A stretch of DNA of 64,000 bases from Felis catus (lineage: Eukaryota). Of this stretch, positions 53,837 to 64,000 are shown piece by piece (the first letter of the stretch is position 1; the number at the start of each line of letters is the position of its first letter). Under the pieces are notes generated by a model. That model was given only the letters and a program-made list of their open reading frames with translations, was not told the DNA's origin and ran no database searches. The position numbers were made by a program, and so were the translations under genes. The stretch lies in the NCBI RefSeq assembly GCF_018350175.1, contig NC_058368.1, positions 38,752,001-38,816,000 on the forward strand, given 5' to 3'.

Positions 53837-55223
53837 TAATAAATTAGAAAGCAAAGCTTATCAAAATATGCTAAAGTTACTTTACCACAAGGAGAAAACA
53901 GTGATGCAATTTGGAATGTCATGTTAGAGGCAATATAATCTAAGAATGAGAAACTTGGGTATCTTTTCATGCAATTAGTTTCAAGTTGATATGCATTAAA
54001 TGCCTACCATACTCCAGACAAAATATTAATACTGGGGATACAAAATAATACATACTATCTGCCCACAAATGTCATACAGTCCAGTGGAAGATACAAATAA
54101 ATTTGTATTTTTTAAGATAATGTTTCCCTGTGGGGAGTGATATGATTTGGGATAAATTGATAAAATAGACTACAAAAATGAAATAGAAAAGTTGAATTTT
54201 GAATCAATAAATACTAAAAGATAATTTGAATTTAAAAACCTTTCATCCATATGTAATATTCCCAAATAAACTGCTGGCAGGAATTCAGGACTGACTTAGC
54301 TTACTTTTATGTATTCAGATCTTTCCTCACAATTACCAATTGTTCTTGATTATGACTTAAAAGATTTAACTAATTTGGGAGGAAAAAACTAAGCATTTAT
54401 CCTCAGGATATTTTAATTTGGCAAAAATCTAATTTTTCAAAACTATCAAGTACATGATGAATCTAAATTTATTTCCTCTTATGTATTTCTCTTCAAAATA
54501 CAGTTCTTAAATGTTTTCCCGCTGTGTGAGGCAAAGACTTTCCTCCTCTGTGGGATCATGGCTGAGGTTTTCAGAAATGCATAATTAACTCAAAACACTT
54601 TAAAGAGAAAGCCAATGTAAATTTTGATAGAATTGTTTGTAGTGTTTTTCTTTATGTGCCTCCTTTTCCCTACCATCTCAAAAATACTTACCATTTCTTT
54701 GGTTGCTTGTGGGAAATAACACTTATCTGCTGATCAAGCTAAAACTAATTAAACATTTCTGTGTTCAATTTTATACATAAATCTAAAGTATCAAAGAAAC
54801 GAGAGAAGGCAGACAATATTGCAAAATACAAATTTTCTAATATACGTCTAAATACACAAAAACATCCGAAGTCCCAAGTTATTGGTTTACTTTCTGAATT
54901 TAATATTTAATTGCTTTAATTTTACATTCGGTGTTAATCTTGGAGAAGTCGAAGTTAGATTGCACATATTCTCTCCAAAGGGGATGAAAACAGTGTAGAA
55001 CAATGGAAAACAACTTCTGCATAGGTTTAAAAAAAATTTTTTTTTTTTAAAGCAAAGCAGTGGTACTTACCGAGAAAAGTACAGAGCTATTTTCAAGTCA
55101 GAGGAATTGGAATTTGAGCATTGTCTTCGTACCTTACTAGTTGTACATGGTTGACAATTTATATAAGCTATGTGGTGTTTAAGCTTCTTCAGTTAAAAAA
55201 AGAAAGAAAGAAAGAAAAGATGA

Positions 55224-55343
55224 GGGGCGCCTGGGTGGCTTCGTTGGTTGAGAGTCTGACTTCGGCTGAGGTCAGTGTGGAGCCCACTTCAGATCCTCTG
55301 TCCCCTCTATCTGCCCCTCCACCACTTACCTTCTCCCTGCAAA
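55224..55343 (+). mobile_element. Short Can-SINE lacking the B-box region
   Basis: ggggcgcctgggtggc...gaggtca|gtgtggagccc. Confidence 0.85.
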
Positions 55344-57816
55344 AGAAGATGGTAGTAATCATTAAAGACATTGTTTTAGTAGTGTCCATATAATCCACAG
55401 TACAAGTACAATAGTAGTTGTTATTAATAATTACAATGAAGTGACAGTAATAACAATATAGATAGCAATAATAAAAAGGAGCCTTGTTTCCTTGTACTGT
55501 GTGGGCTAAATTATATAAAACGTTATAAAAAGTATACAAAAGTGATTATTCATAATCTTATTTAAGATCTGCTTTTGAAATTATTTTTTTTGAAATTGTC
55601 ATCTAAGTAGACTTAATTTTCTGCTTGGCTAATTGGCCATTTAACCCCTCAGTATTCCACCAGTGCGGTGACATCTCTTATTTCAAGAGGATGAATAAAA
55701 AGAAACAAGTGCAGGCTCTCCTGGAGGAATGTAATCAAGTCACCCTGGGGCTATGGCGCCTAAATTCTCTCTCTGACAGATTTATGAGGACGTGAGACTG
55801 AGGATAGCATGCAAATGGAATTAGACACTAGTTTAACTAATCCGTTCTCAGATGTAGATATTCTATTGCCTCTAACTCAAGCCAGCTTTAAATATAGGCA
55901 AAGTAGATAATTGTGTAGGGCTTGAACTCTGAAGGAAATTAATCATTTCTCCAGGTAATGAGTCATTGCCATCCTGGAAATAATTTTTTTTTACTGCTTT
56001 GCAAAGCTGTGGTTCATTACCAGCCAATAATTGGGGTGGTGTATGTTCAATATCCCGTAAGCTACTTCTTAACTGTGTTATCTAGATAAGAATTCCCAGT
56101 ATATTGTGTGATCTTAATCTTTCCTTTGCAACTACTTAAAAATATATTTCTGTATATATCCAGTGATGAGATCAATCCTTAAAGCTCTTAATTTAATAAC
56201 ACTTAATTTAATAACTCCTCAATATTTTATAATTGTCACTGTATTTCAAATTGAATAGACTGAGTTTTGAATGTGTGCATGTGTGAGAGAGATTGGGAGA
56301 GAAGAGAAAAAAAAAGTTTAGAGATTGATGTCAGGAAAAAGCTTTGAAGATACTCAGCAGAAAAGCACTTAAGATTTGCTTTTTTTGCTTCTTTTAAAAT
56401 GCTAAAAAAAATTTTTGCTGTGCTTCAAATATGGAAGTGTGTTAATACTTATTTTGGATTTTCTAAAATGTCTGTATGGATATGACCTTCAAATTACTTT
56501 GAAAATCAGAAATAACTCACATTGTAATGCTATCTTGAACTGCAGATTTATTTGCCATCCTTAGGATAATATTGGTCAGATCTGAAGTTAGGGCACAAAA
56601 AATAATGGCTACTATAAAGTCTATTTAATTCTATGTTTCTATTGCATGTAGTTAACATTACTCTAAGTACTTAGGATCTAACAAAGCCTTACAAAATAGA
56701 TTACTTGTGAAGATATTCTGGAAAACATTGACAATGTTTGAAAAACTTGATGTGCCAAGATTAAAAGTAAAATATACGAGATTATTGGGTGAACAAAAGA
56801 AGGTTACTGCATAAATTGAGTTGAAGTTCTTTGTCTGGTACTATAGATCTCTGAGGGTAACTGAGTTTAGTCTACTCAGAAAAAAGGTACCAACTCAGAG
56901 CTCGACCATACACTGCTATTGATTACATAGGCATCCAGTTATTTCACCCAGAAGACAAAAATCTGAATCCTGCCTTCTCCATAGAGCATCTTCCCTGCTT
57001 ACTCAGGGGTTTAATTTTCTTAGGACCAACAGACGGCACTTACATGCTATTCCAGTCAAAGCAATACAAACAGATCTGATCCAACTACCCATCTCTGCCG
57101 AATCAATTCACTCTCAGGCTTTCTTCCCTTTCCCAGACCTGAGCCTCAGTTTTCTTAGTCTACTTAAAATAATTCAAAAAATACTTATCTGTATTACAAA
57201 ATATACATGTGTGATTTTATGTCTTTCAGATTATACAAATAATAACGTAATTTTTTTTTTCTTTGCTGAAAGCTAGATGTGGTTAAGTCAGGAGAAGAAA
57301 CTAGTGATTCTGTGTTCACTATATACTGGAAAACATCGTAATTCATAACATAATTTTAGGTTTTTACATGTAAATCATGTTTATTGAGTAATAATTGGTA
57401 CAGTTTACATGTCATAAAAGTTACCCTTTTGGCGAGTACCTTTTATATATTCTGGTAAGTACACGGTGTTGTGTAACTACTACTGTAATGGAGGCACAGC
57501 GTATTTCCAACAGCTCTTAGCTCTCTAGCCCATGGCAAGCGTTGATTTATGTTCTGTCACTCTGGTTATTGCCTTTTAAGTAGCTGATAAAAATGGAATT
57601 ATGTGTTATCTAAACATTTGTACATGGCTTCTTTTACTTTTAATTATTATTGTTTCATGCCATTAGATATGTAAGTAGTTTGTTCCTTTTTATTGCTCAG
57701 TTTTATTTTGCTGGGTGTATGTACCACAATTTGTTTATCCATTCACCATTTTAAAGACATTATAACTTATAGTTTTGATAATTATGAGTAAAACCACCAT
57801 AAAAATTCACCTTTAG

Positions 57817-57818
<2 letters not shown>

Positions 57819-57864
<46 letters not shown>
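57819..57864. repeat. (TG)n microsatellite
   Basis: direct reading. Confidence 0.95.
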
Positions 57865-57866
<2 letters not shown>

Positions 57867-58025
57867 CATTTTTCTTGGCTAAGGATCTAGGAATGGATTG
57901 CAGAAAAATGGAAATTCTCAACTATTTTCCAAAGTGGCTGTGTCAGTTTGCATTCACATGAGCAACATAAGAGAGTTTTAGTTGCTTCACATTCTTTCTA
58001 GCACTTAGCATTGTGAGTTTTTCAG

Positions 58026-58243
58026 GGGGCACCTAGGTGGCTCAGCCAGTTGAGCATCTGACTTCGGCTCAGGTCATGACCTCATGGCTTGTGGGTGACA
58101 GCTGCATAGGGCTCTGTGCTGACAGCTCAGAGCTGGGAGCCTGCTTTACATTCTGTGTCTCCCTCTCTCTCCCTCTCTCTCTGCCCCTCTCCTGCTCACG
58201 TTCTGTCTCTCTCTGTTTCAAAAATAAATAAATATTAAAAAAA
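58026..58243 (+). mobile_element. Can-SINE (tail continues at ~58441-58476)
   Basis: ggggcacctaggtggctcag head. Confidence 0.95.
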
Positions 58244-58244
58244 T

Positions 58245-58440
58245 AGTTTTAATGTTTATTTTTTGAGAAAGAGCGTGAGCGGGAGAGGGGTAGGGAGAGA
58301 GGGAGACACAGAATCTGAAGCAGGCTCCAGGCTCCGAGCTGTCAGCACAGAGCCCTATGCGGGGCTCGAACCCACATGCTGTGAGATCATGACTTGAGCC
58401 GAAGTTGGACGCTTAACCAGCTCAGCCACCCAAGTACCCC
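58245..58440 (-). mobile_element. Can-SINE, antisense, in the tail of the previous SINE
   Basis: ...cagccacccaagtacccc head; tcaaaaataaa...attaaaaaaa on both sides. Confidence 0.95.
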
Positions 58441-58749
58441 TCAAAAATAAACATTAAAAAAACAAACAAACAAAATTCAAAGTGGCTGTGTCAGTTTGCA
58501 TTCACATGAGCAACATAAGAGAGTTTTAGTTACTATACATTCTTTCCAGCACTTAGCTTTGTGAGTTTTTTTAACTTTATCCTAAAGGTTTATCCTAAAC
58601 CTTTAATGGTTTAGTTGTAGAAGTTCAGTAGTCTTGGATTTTACATTTCATCCAAACACACTTAAGGTTAGTTTTTTACAAGTTGAAAGTATGGGTCAGG
58701 ATTCATTTTTTTCCCCATAGGGCCATGAAGTTCTTTCTATACCATTCTG

Positions 58750-58812
58750 TTTAATGTTTATTTATTTTTGAGAGAGCACAAGCAGGGAAAGAGCAGAGAG
58801 AGAGGGAGAGAA

Positions 58813-58852
<40 letters not shown>

Positions 58853-58963
58853 CAGCTGAGCCGTCAGCACAAAGCCTGGACACGGGGCTCGAATTCACAA
58901 ACTGTGAGATCATGACCTGAGCCGAAGTCAGACGTTTAACTGACTGAGCCACTCAGGTGCCCC
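58750..58963 (-). mobile_element. Can-SINE with (GACA)n
   Basis: TSD tctataccatt at 58736-58746 and 58964-58974. Confidence 0.95.
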
Positions 58964-58993
58964 TCTATACCATTTTTGAAAAAAGATGATTCT

Positions 58994-59103
58994 CTGCTCA
59001 GCATGGAGCCTGATGCAGTACTTGGTCCCATGACCCTGGGGTCATGACCTGACTTGTAATCAAGAGTCAGACACTCAATTGACTGAGCCACCCAGGCACC
59101 CCC
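58994..59103 (-). mobile_element. Can-SINE 5' half only (no CT tract or A tail)
   Basis: aaagatgattct at 58982-58993 and 59106-59117. Confidence 0.9.
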
Positions 59104-59815
59104 AGAAAGATGATTCTTTGTGCATTGAGTTGCCTTGATGTCTTTGTCAGAAATTAATTGGTGGTGTGAGCGTGGGCCTATTTCAATTATGTTGAATGAT
59201 ACTTCTGCCATTTTGACAATAACACACTGTGTTTATTTCTGCAGATTAAATCTCCACATTTACCGTTGTTTTTCAAAACCACTTAAATTCTATTTGTTCT
59301 TTTGTTTGGTCACATAAATTCTGTAATTAACTTGACAGTGCCTACAGAAATACTGCTGGAAGCTTGACTGCTCACACCTTCTGTATGTCTGCATAACCAA
59401 CAAGGGAGTCTCTCTCTAGTTTCCTGTTCTGCCTTCATTTGGTCTCAAGTAGCAAATAAATGGAAGTTCAAGAAAAAAAGACTGTAAATGTGAACTTCCC
59501 CTTTTTTGGTGGAAATCCCAGGGTCACCATAGTATCACACTAGTCTATATTTGGTATTCTGCTATTCATTAAAAATTTAGGATATTTCCTTCCTAATATA
59601 TACTATTTTCTCCCACATGCAAAACTTTGAATCTCTTTATCCTATGCTCTGTCACAGGTGAGGCAGTTATGACGACTTGTTTTCCCTTAACAGAAGACTG
59701 CCTTTGGATTGCGGCTTATTTTGTTGGCCTGGAATTTTGTCTTCTTTTATGTGTTCAAGGTGGTTATGATTTAGTAGTTGTATGGATTTTTTTTCATTAT
59801 TAAGAATAAACTTTT

Positions 59816-60037
59816 GGGGTGCTTGGGTGGCTCAGTTGGTTAAGCATCTGACCGTTGGTGTCAACTCAGGTCATGACCTCACAGTTCTTGAGATTGAGCC
59901 CTGCATCAGGCTCCGTGCAGACAGTGCAGAGCCTGCTTGGGATTCTCTCTCTCCCTCCCTCTCTTTGCCCCTCCCTCTCTTAATTTTGCCTCTCAAAATT
60001 AAAAAAATAATAATAATAAACTAAAAACTTAACAAAA
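59816..60037 (+). mobile_element. Can-SINE
   Basis: TSD aagaataaactttt at 59802-59815 and 60038-60051. Confidence 0.95.
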
Positions 60038-60249
60038 AAGAATAAACTTTTTTTTCTGCTTTCTACATACTAGCTAGAAAGAAAAGTGAGTCTGCCTTTC
60101 ATTACTATTTTTAAGAAAGTTAAATTATTGATTGCTAAGTTGTGATGTTAACTTTTTTTAAAAACCATTTTGGAAGAGGCTTTACTGGTTGGGATGGGTG
60201 GGTTATCAACACTATACACCTATCAATGGTGAATTCAAAAGCAATGTCA

Positions 60250-60448
60250 TTTTTTTAATGTTTATTTTGAAAGAGAGAGAGTGTGTGAGTGGGAGAGGGT
60301 CAGAGAGAGAGGGAAAGAGAATTCCAAGCAGGCTCCACACTTTCAGTGCAGAGCCCAGATATAGGCTCATTCCCATGAACTGTGAAATCATGATCTGAGC
60401 TGAAATCAAGAGTCGGAAGCTTAACTGACTGAGCTACCCAGGTGTCCC
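60250..60448 (-). mobile_element. Can-SINE
   Basis: TSD aaaagcaatgtca at 60237-60249 and 60449-60461. Confidence 0.95.
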
Positions 60449-60672
60449 AAAAGCAATGTCAATATTGATTATACTAATAATTTACATAAAATCCATATGC
60501 TAATGAAATGACTATAGTTAACAGTACTTGTATATACAGAAAGAGATATGTTAAGAAGCAGCAACCAGGAGCCAACCTTAGAGGGACAGCATCTACAGTT
60601 CTGTCAACTGTATGTATTCTGTCTTACCCTTACTTCTTCTTTCCTTCCTTGTTTCCTTCCATCCTATTTTCT

Positions 60673-60889
60673 TTTTTTAATTTTTTTTAATGTTTATTTA
60701 TTTTGGGGACAGAGAGAGACAGAGCATGAACGGGGGAGGGACAGAGAGAGGGAGACACAGAATCGGAAGCAGGCCCCGGGCTCTGAGCCATCAGCCCAGA
60801 GCCCTATGCGGGGCTTGAACTCACGGACCGCGACATCGTGACCTGAGCTGAAGTCGGACGGCCAACCGACTGAGCCACCCAGGCGCCCC
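60673..60889 (-). mobile_element. SINEC_Fc, relatively young
   Basis: many CpGs retained; TSD ttccatcctattttct at 60657-60672 and 60891-60906. Confidence 0.95.
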
Positions 60890-61079
60890 TTTCCATCCTA
60901 TTTTCTAATCCCTCCTTTACTTCAGGCCCTTCTTCATCTTAAATTATCCCCATTAACTTTACCTTTTATCAAAACATTTATGAAATATCCATATATTACA
61001 AACAGTCTCTTAAATGCTGGGTATACAGACATGTTAACAATATTTTCAATATGAAGTGACTCACAGGCTAATGAACTAA

Positions 61080-61161
61080 AACTTGCAACTAATATGGCAA
61101 GTGTCATAACAGATAAATGAACTTGCAACTAATATGGCAAGTGTCATAACAGATAAATGAA
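61080..61161. repeat. Perfect 40-bp tandem duplication
   Basis: aacttgcaactaatatggcaagtgtcataacagataaatg x2. Confidence 0.95.
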
Positions 61162-61205
61162 TAAAATGTTTCGAAACACAATCTAGTATAAGAGTAACTG
61201 TCTCA

Positions 61206-61383
61206 GGGAACCTGGGTGGCTCAGTCGGTTGAGCATCCAACTCTCGATTTTAGCTCAGGTCATGATCCTAGAGTCATGAGATCAAGCTCTGAGTCAGGCT
61301 CTGCACTGAATATGGAGCTTGCTTGAGATTCTCTCTCCCTCTGCCCTTCTCCCCCAGTTGCATGTTCTCTCTCCCTCTCTCTC

Positions 61384-61411
<28 letters not shown>
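61206..61411 (+). mobile_element. Can-SINE with long pure poly-A
   Basis: gggaacctgggtggctcagtcgg head; agtaactKtct flanks. Confidence 0.95.
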
Positions 61412-61419
<8 letters not shown>

Positions 61420-62076
61420 CTTTCTTGGAATTAGATGTAGATTGACACAGTTATATCTTGAAGAACTCCTAGGGTTTGTTACGTGAAGATTATGGAAAAT
61501 GACATTTTGGAAGTCACCCTTAAGGTCCTTAATTAAGGAATGCAATATGAATGTCATAGTACCTGAGTGGTAAGCTAGACATTCTTGATAATTCCAAAAA
61601 AAAATCCATGAAGATATATCACAGTGTAGTAACCAATTATGGAGTTAGCTGGAAATAGCTTTTTTTTTTTTTTCATTTGCCAAGAAAATGCTTAGAAGTG
61701 TCGAAGGCTACGAACTCAGCAAAGTCATATGAATTTTATTTTTCTTTACAAATTCTTTTCTTGTCAAAATAGAGCTATTGCATAAAGTGAAGATAACTTG
61801 ATGTTGACCTCCAATTGAGAATTAAGAAATTATTTTTTCTTAAACTATACAGATGACTTCACAATTCCCCCTTAAAAGTTACCAAGAATTTGTTTCTTTA
61901 ATCAAGAAATCACGACTTTAATCAAGATTTTAAGGAAATATTGTGAATTTAATTTTACTCTAGAGTTGGAATGAATTTGCAAACAATACATTCAGTGTTC
62001 TGATTATCTAAAGCAGTATGTGTGTCTTTTATGAACAGTGCTTTTCTTGAAATGTAGTTGATATAAATCAAACATA

Positions 62077-62545
62077 TAGTAGTCCTCCCTTAACCACAGT
62101 TTTGCTTTTTCTGTTTTCAAGTTACCTACCATCAACCATGGTTCAGAAGTAGATGATCCTTCTGACTTATTATCATAAAGTCAGTTGTAATCTAATGCTG
62201 CATCACAGTGCCCACGTTATTTACCTCACTTCATCTCATCATGTAGGCATTTTATAAATTCACATTATCACAACAAAAAGGGTGAGTGCAGGACAGTAAG
62301 ATATTTTGAGAGAAAGAGAGACACCAAATTCACATCACTTTTATTACAGTATATTGTTATAACTGTTCTATTTTATTATTCATTATTGTTCATCTCTACT
62401 GTGCCTATTTTATCTGTTAACTTTATCATTGGTACATATGTATAGGGGAAAAAACCCATAATATATAGAGTTTAGTACTATTGCAGTTTTAGGCATACAC
62501 TTGGGGTCTTGGAATGTATCCCCCAGGAATAAGGAGGGACTACAT
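62077..62545. mobile_element. MER44-family (Tigger7-derived) TcMar MITE
   Basis: imperfect TIRs gtagtcctccctta / taaggagggactac; internal cacttcatctcatcatgtaggcatttt...aagatattttgagag. Confidence 0.85.
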
Positions 62546-62605
62546 TGTTCTTCAATTATTAAAATTTGATAAAATAAATCCTAGATAGTTGAGAATAGAA
62601 AGTCA

Positions 62606-62798
62606 GGGGCGACTGGGTGGCTCAGTTGGTTAAATGTCTGGCTCTTGATTTTGGCTTGGGTCATGATCTCACAGTTCATCGGGCTCTGTGCTGACAGTGC
62701 AGAGCCTACTTGGGATTCTCTCTCTCCCTCTCTCTCTGCCCTTCCCCCTCTTGTGCTCTCACTCTTTCTCTCAAAATAAATAAATAAATTTTTAAAAA
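62606..62798 (+). mobile_element. Can-SINE with internal deletion
   Basis: atagaaag(g)tca flanks. Confidence 0.95.
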
Positions 62799-64000
62799 GT
62801 ATAGAAAGGTCATATGTGGGACATGTAATACATTTTATTTAGCATCAATCTCAATATTGATTTATCTAATATTAATAAGGCATTTTATGTAGGTAGAGCG
62901 TATTTTACAGATGTCTTTGCTACCAAATACATCTAATTCTTATAATATCACTTTAATTTATGTGTTTTATTTTTCTGAAGAAGTTAGGCAATCATTTGAA
63001 GTCCCTCAGCTTGGAAACATTGGATTATGGCTTTAGGAATGGTGATGCAGGGTCTGCAAACCTAAGGTAATGAGCTACAAAGAGACCAACAAAAGTTAAG
63101 TGAACAAAGAAGGTTTGAGACAAATGAGTCTGAGAGGGGTGATTTAAACACAGTAGGTTAAAAACTATGCCATTGTAGAATACCCTTGTTAAAATTAGAG
63201 TTGTTTGTCCTTTGAAATATACCTATGCTAGGCTAACGACGTCTTATTATTTTAAATAAGTCAGATGAGCAAATTAAAACAAAAATAATTTGTATGAAGT
63301 ACAAATACAAAGCTTAATCTCACAATTATTGTAAGCCCCTAACCTTTAGTGTCCCTTACACATCAAATAGTCTTGGTGTATAGATTCATATATGAGAAGC
63401 CATGCCTCTTTGTTTATTTTACTCACAGTTCAAATCTTCAATTTCATTTTGTACACAGTGGGCACAGATGGTTCCAAATTTGGTTGACTGCCTCTAAGTT
63501 ATTTTTATATGGATATAATTTTGTCAAAAATGTTATCTCATTAGATTGGAGAATAATTTATAAGTGAGTTTACAGACATGTGTTTGTGTGTGTATATGTG
63601 TGTGTTTCTGTATGTGTAACTATCTGGTATACTCATCTAAATAGAAATATTTCCACTCAAAAAATAATAATTTCATTGTATTTTTAAGTCTTTTGAGCAA
63701 ATTCACTTAATATTTTGTTGATATTTAAATGTTATATATTAATAATGGGAGGTATCAATAAAGATATCTTCAAAGTTTACTTAGAGCCATCACATAAACA
63801 GGAACCATCAAAGACATATGTATGCTCTGGAAGGAAGAGTGAATTCATGCCAGGAATTGCAAATTGAAATTGGAAGAGGCCCCTTTGGAGTCAGTTTCAG
63901 CATTTACTGAGACTAGGTAACTCACGTAGCTTCTTAGTACTACAGTTGTCTCCTTAAAAAAAATTAACAAGGTGAATTTTTAGGCTGAACAGTTTTGTAA

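Larger units (their letters stand above)
57930..58570. repeat. 93-bp direct repeat (57930-58022 and 58478-58570) flanking a SINE pair
   Basis: caaagtggctgtgtcagtttgc...gtgagttttt twice, 5 mismatches by eye. Confidence 0.95.
57360..59340 (-). mobile_element. Old L1M 3' region, interrupted by four SINEs
   Basis: tttattgagtaataatt...aaatggaattatg...gtaccacaatttgtttatccattcacc...ttttccaaagtggctgt. Confidence 0.75.

Noticed and set aside
1..64000. All ORFs in the supplied track as protein-coding genes
   Set aside because: All are 60-145 aa and low-complexity, SINE-derived (e.g. MAQSV...SLSLSLK, RERERE), L1 remnants or AT-rich chance frames; there is no coherent exon chain.

Overview
AT-rich, repeat-dense, non-coding mammalian DNA from a carnivore, most likely a felid. 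The evidence is about 30 tRNA-derived Can-SINEs of the feline SINEC_Fc type and a young cat-type L1 3' end. The rest is carnivore and ancient L1 fragments, L2, MIR, MaLR/ERVL LTRs, MER5A/MER20/MER44-type DNA transposons, microsatellites and short local duplications. I found no supportable protein-coding gene, RNA gene or CpG island; the listed ORFs are SINE, L1, microsatellite or AT-rich chance frames. The window looks like part of a long intron or an intergenic region, and I see no convincing new biological system. Best second-look items: (1) a minus-strand candidate recursive splice site (long pyrimidine tract, then TAG|GTGAGT) at 37620; (2) an inverted nested SINE pair flanked by a 93-bp direct repeat; (3) three SINEs stacked at one target site; (4) a tail-less SINE with a TSD; (5) young, possibly polymorphic insertions. 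Repeat subfamily names come from my recall of consensus sequences, not from a search, and boundaries of old repeats are approximate.
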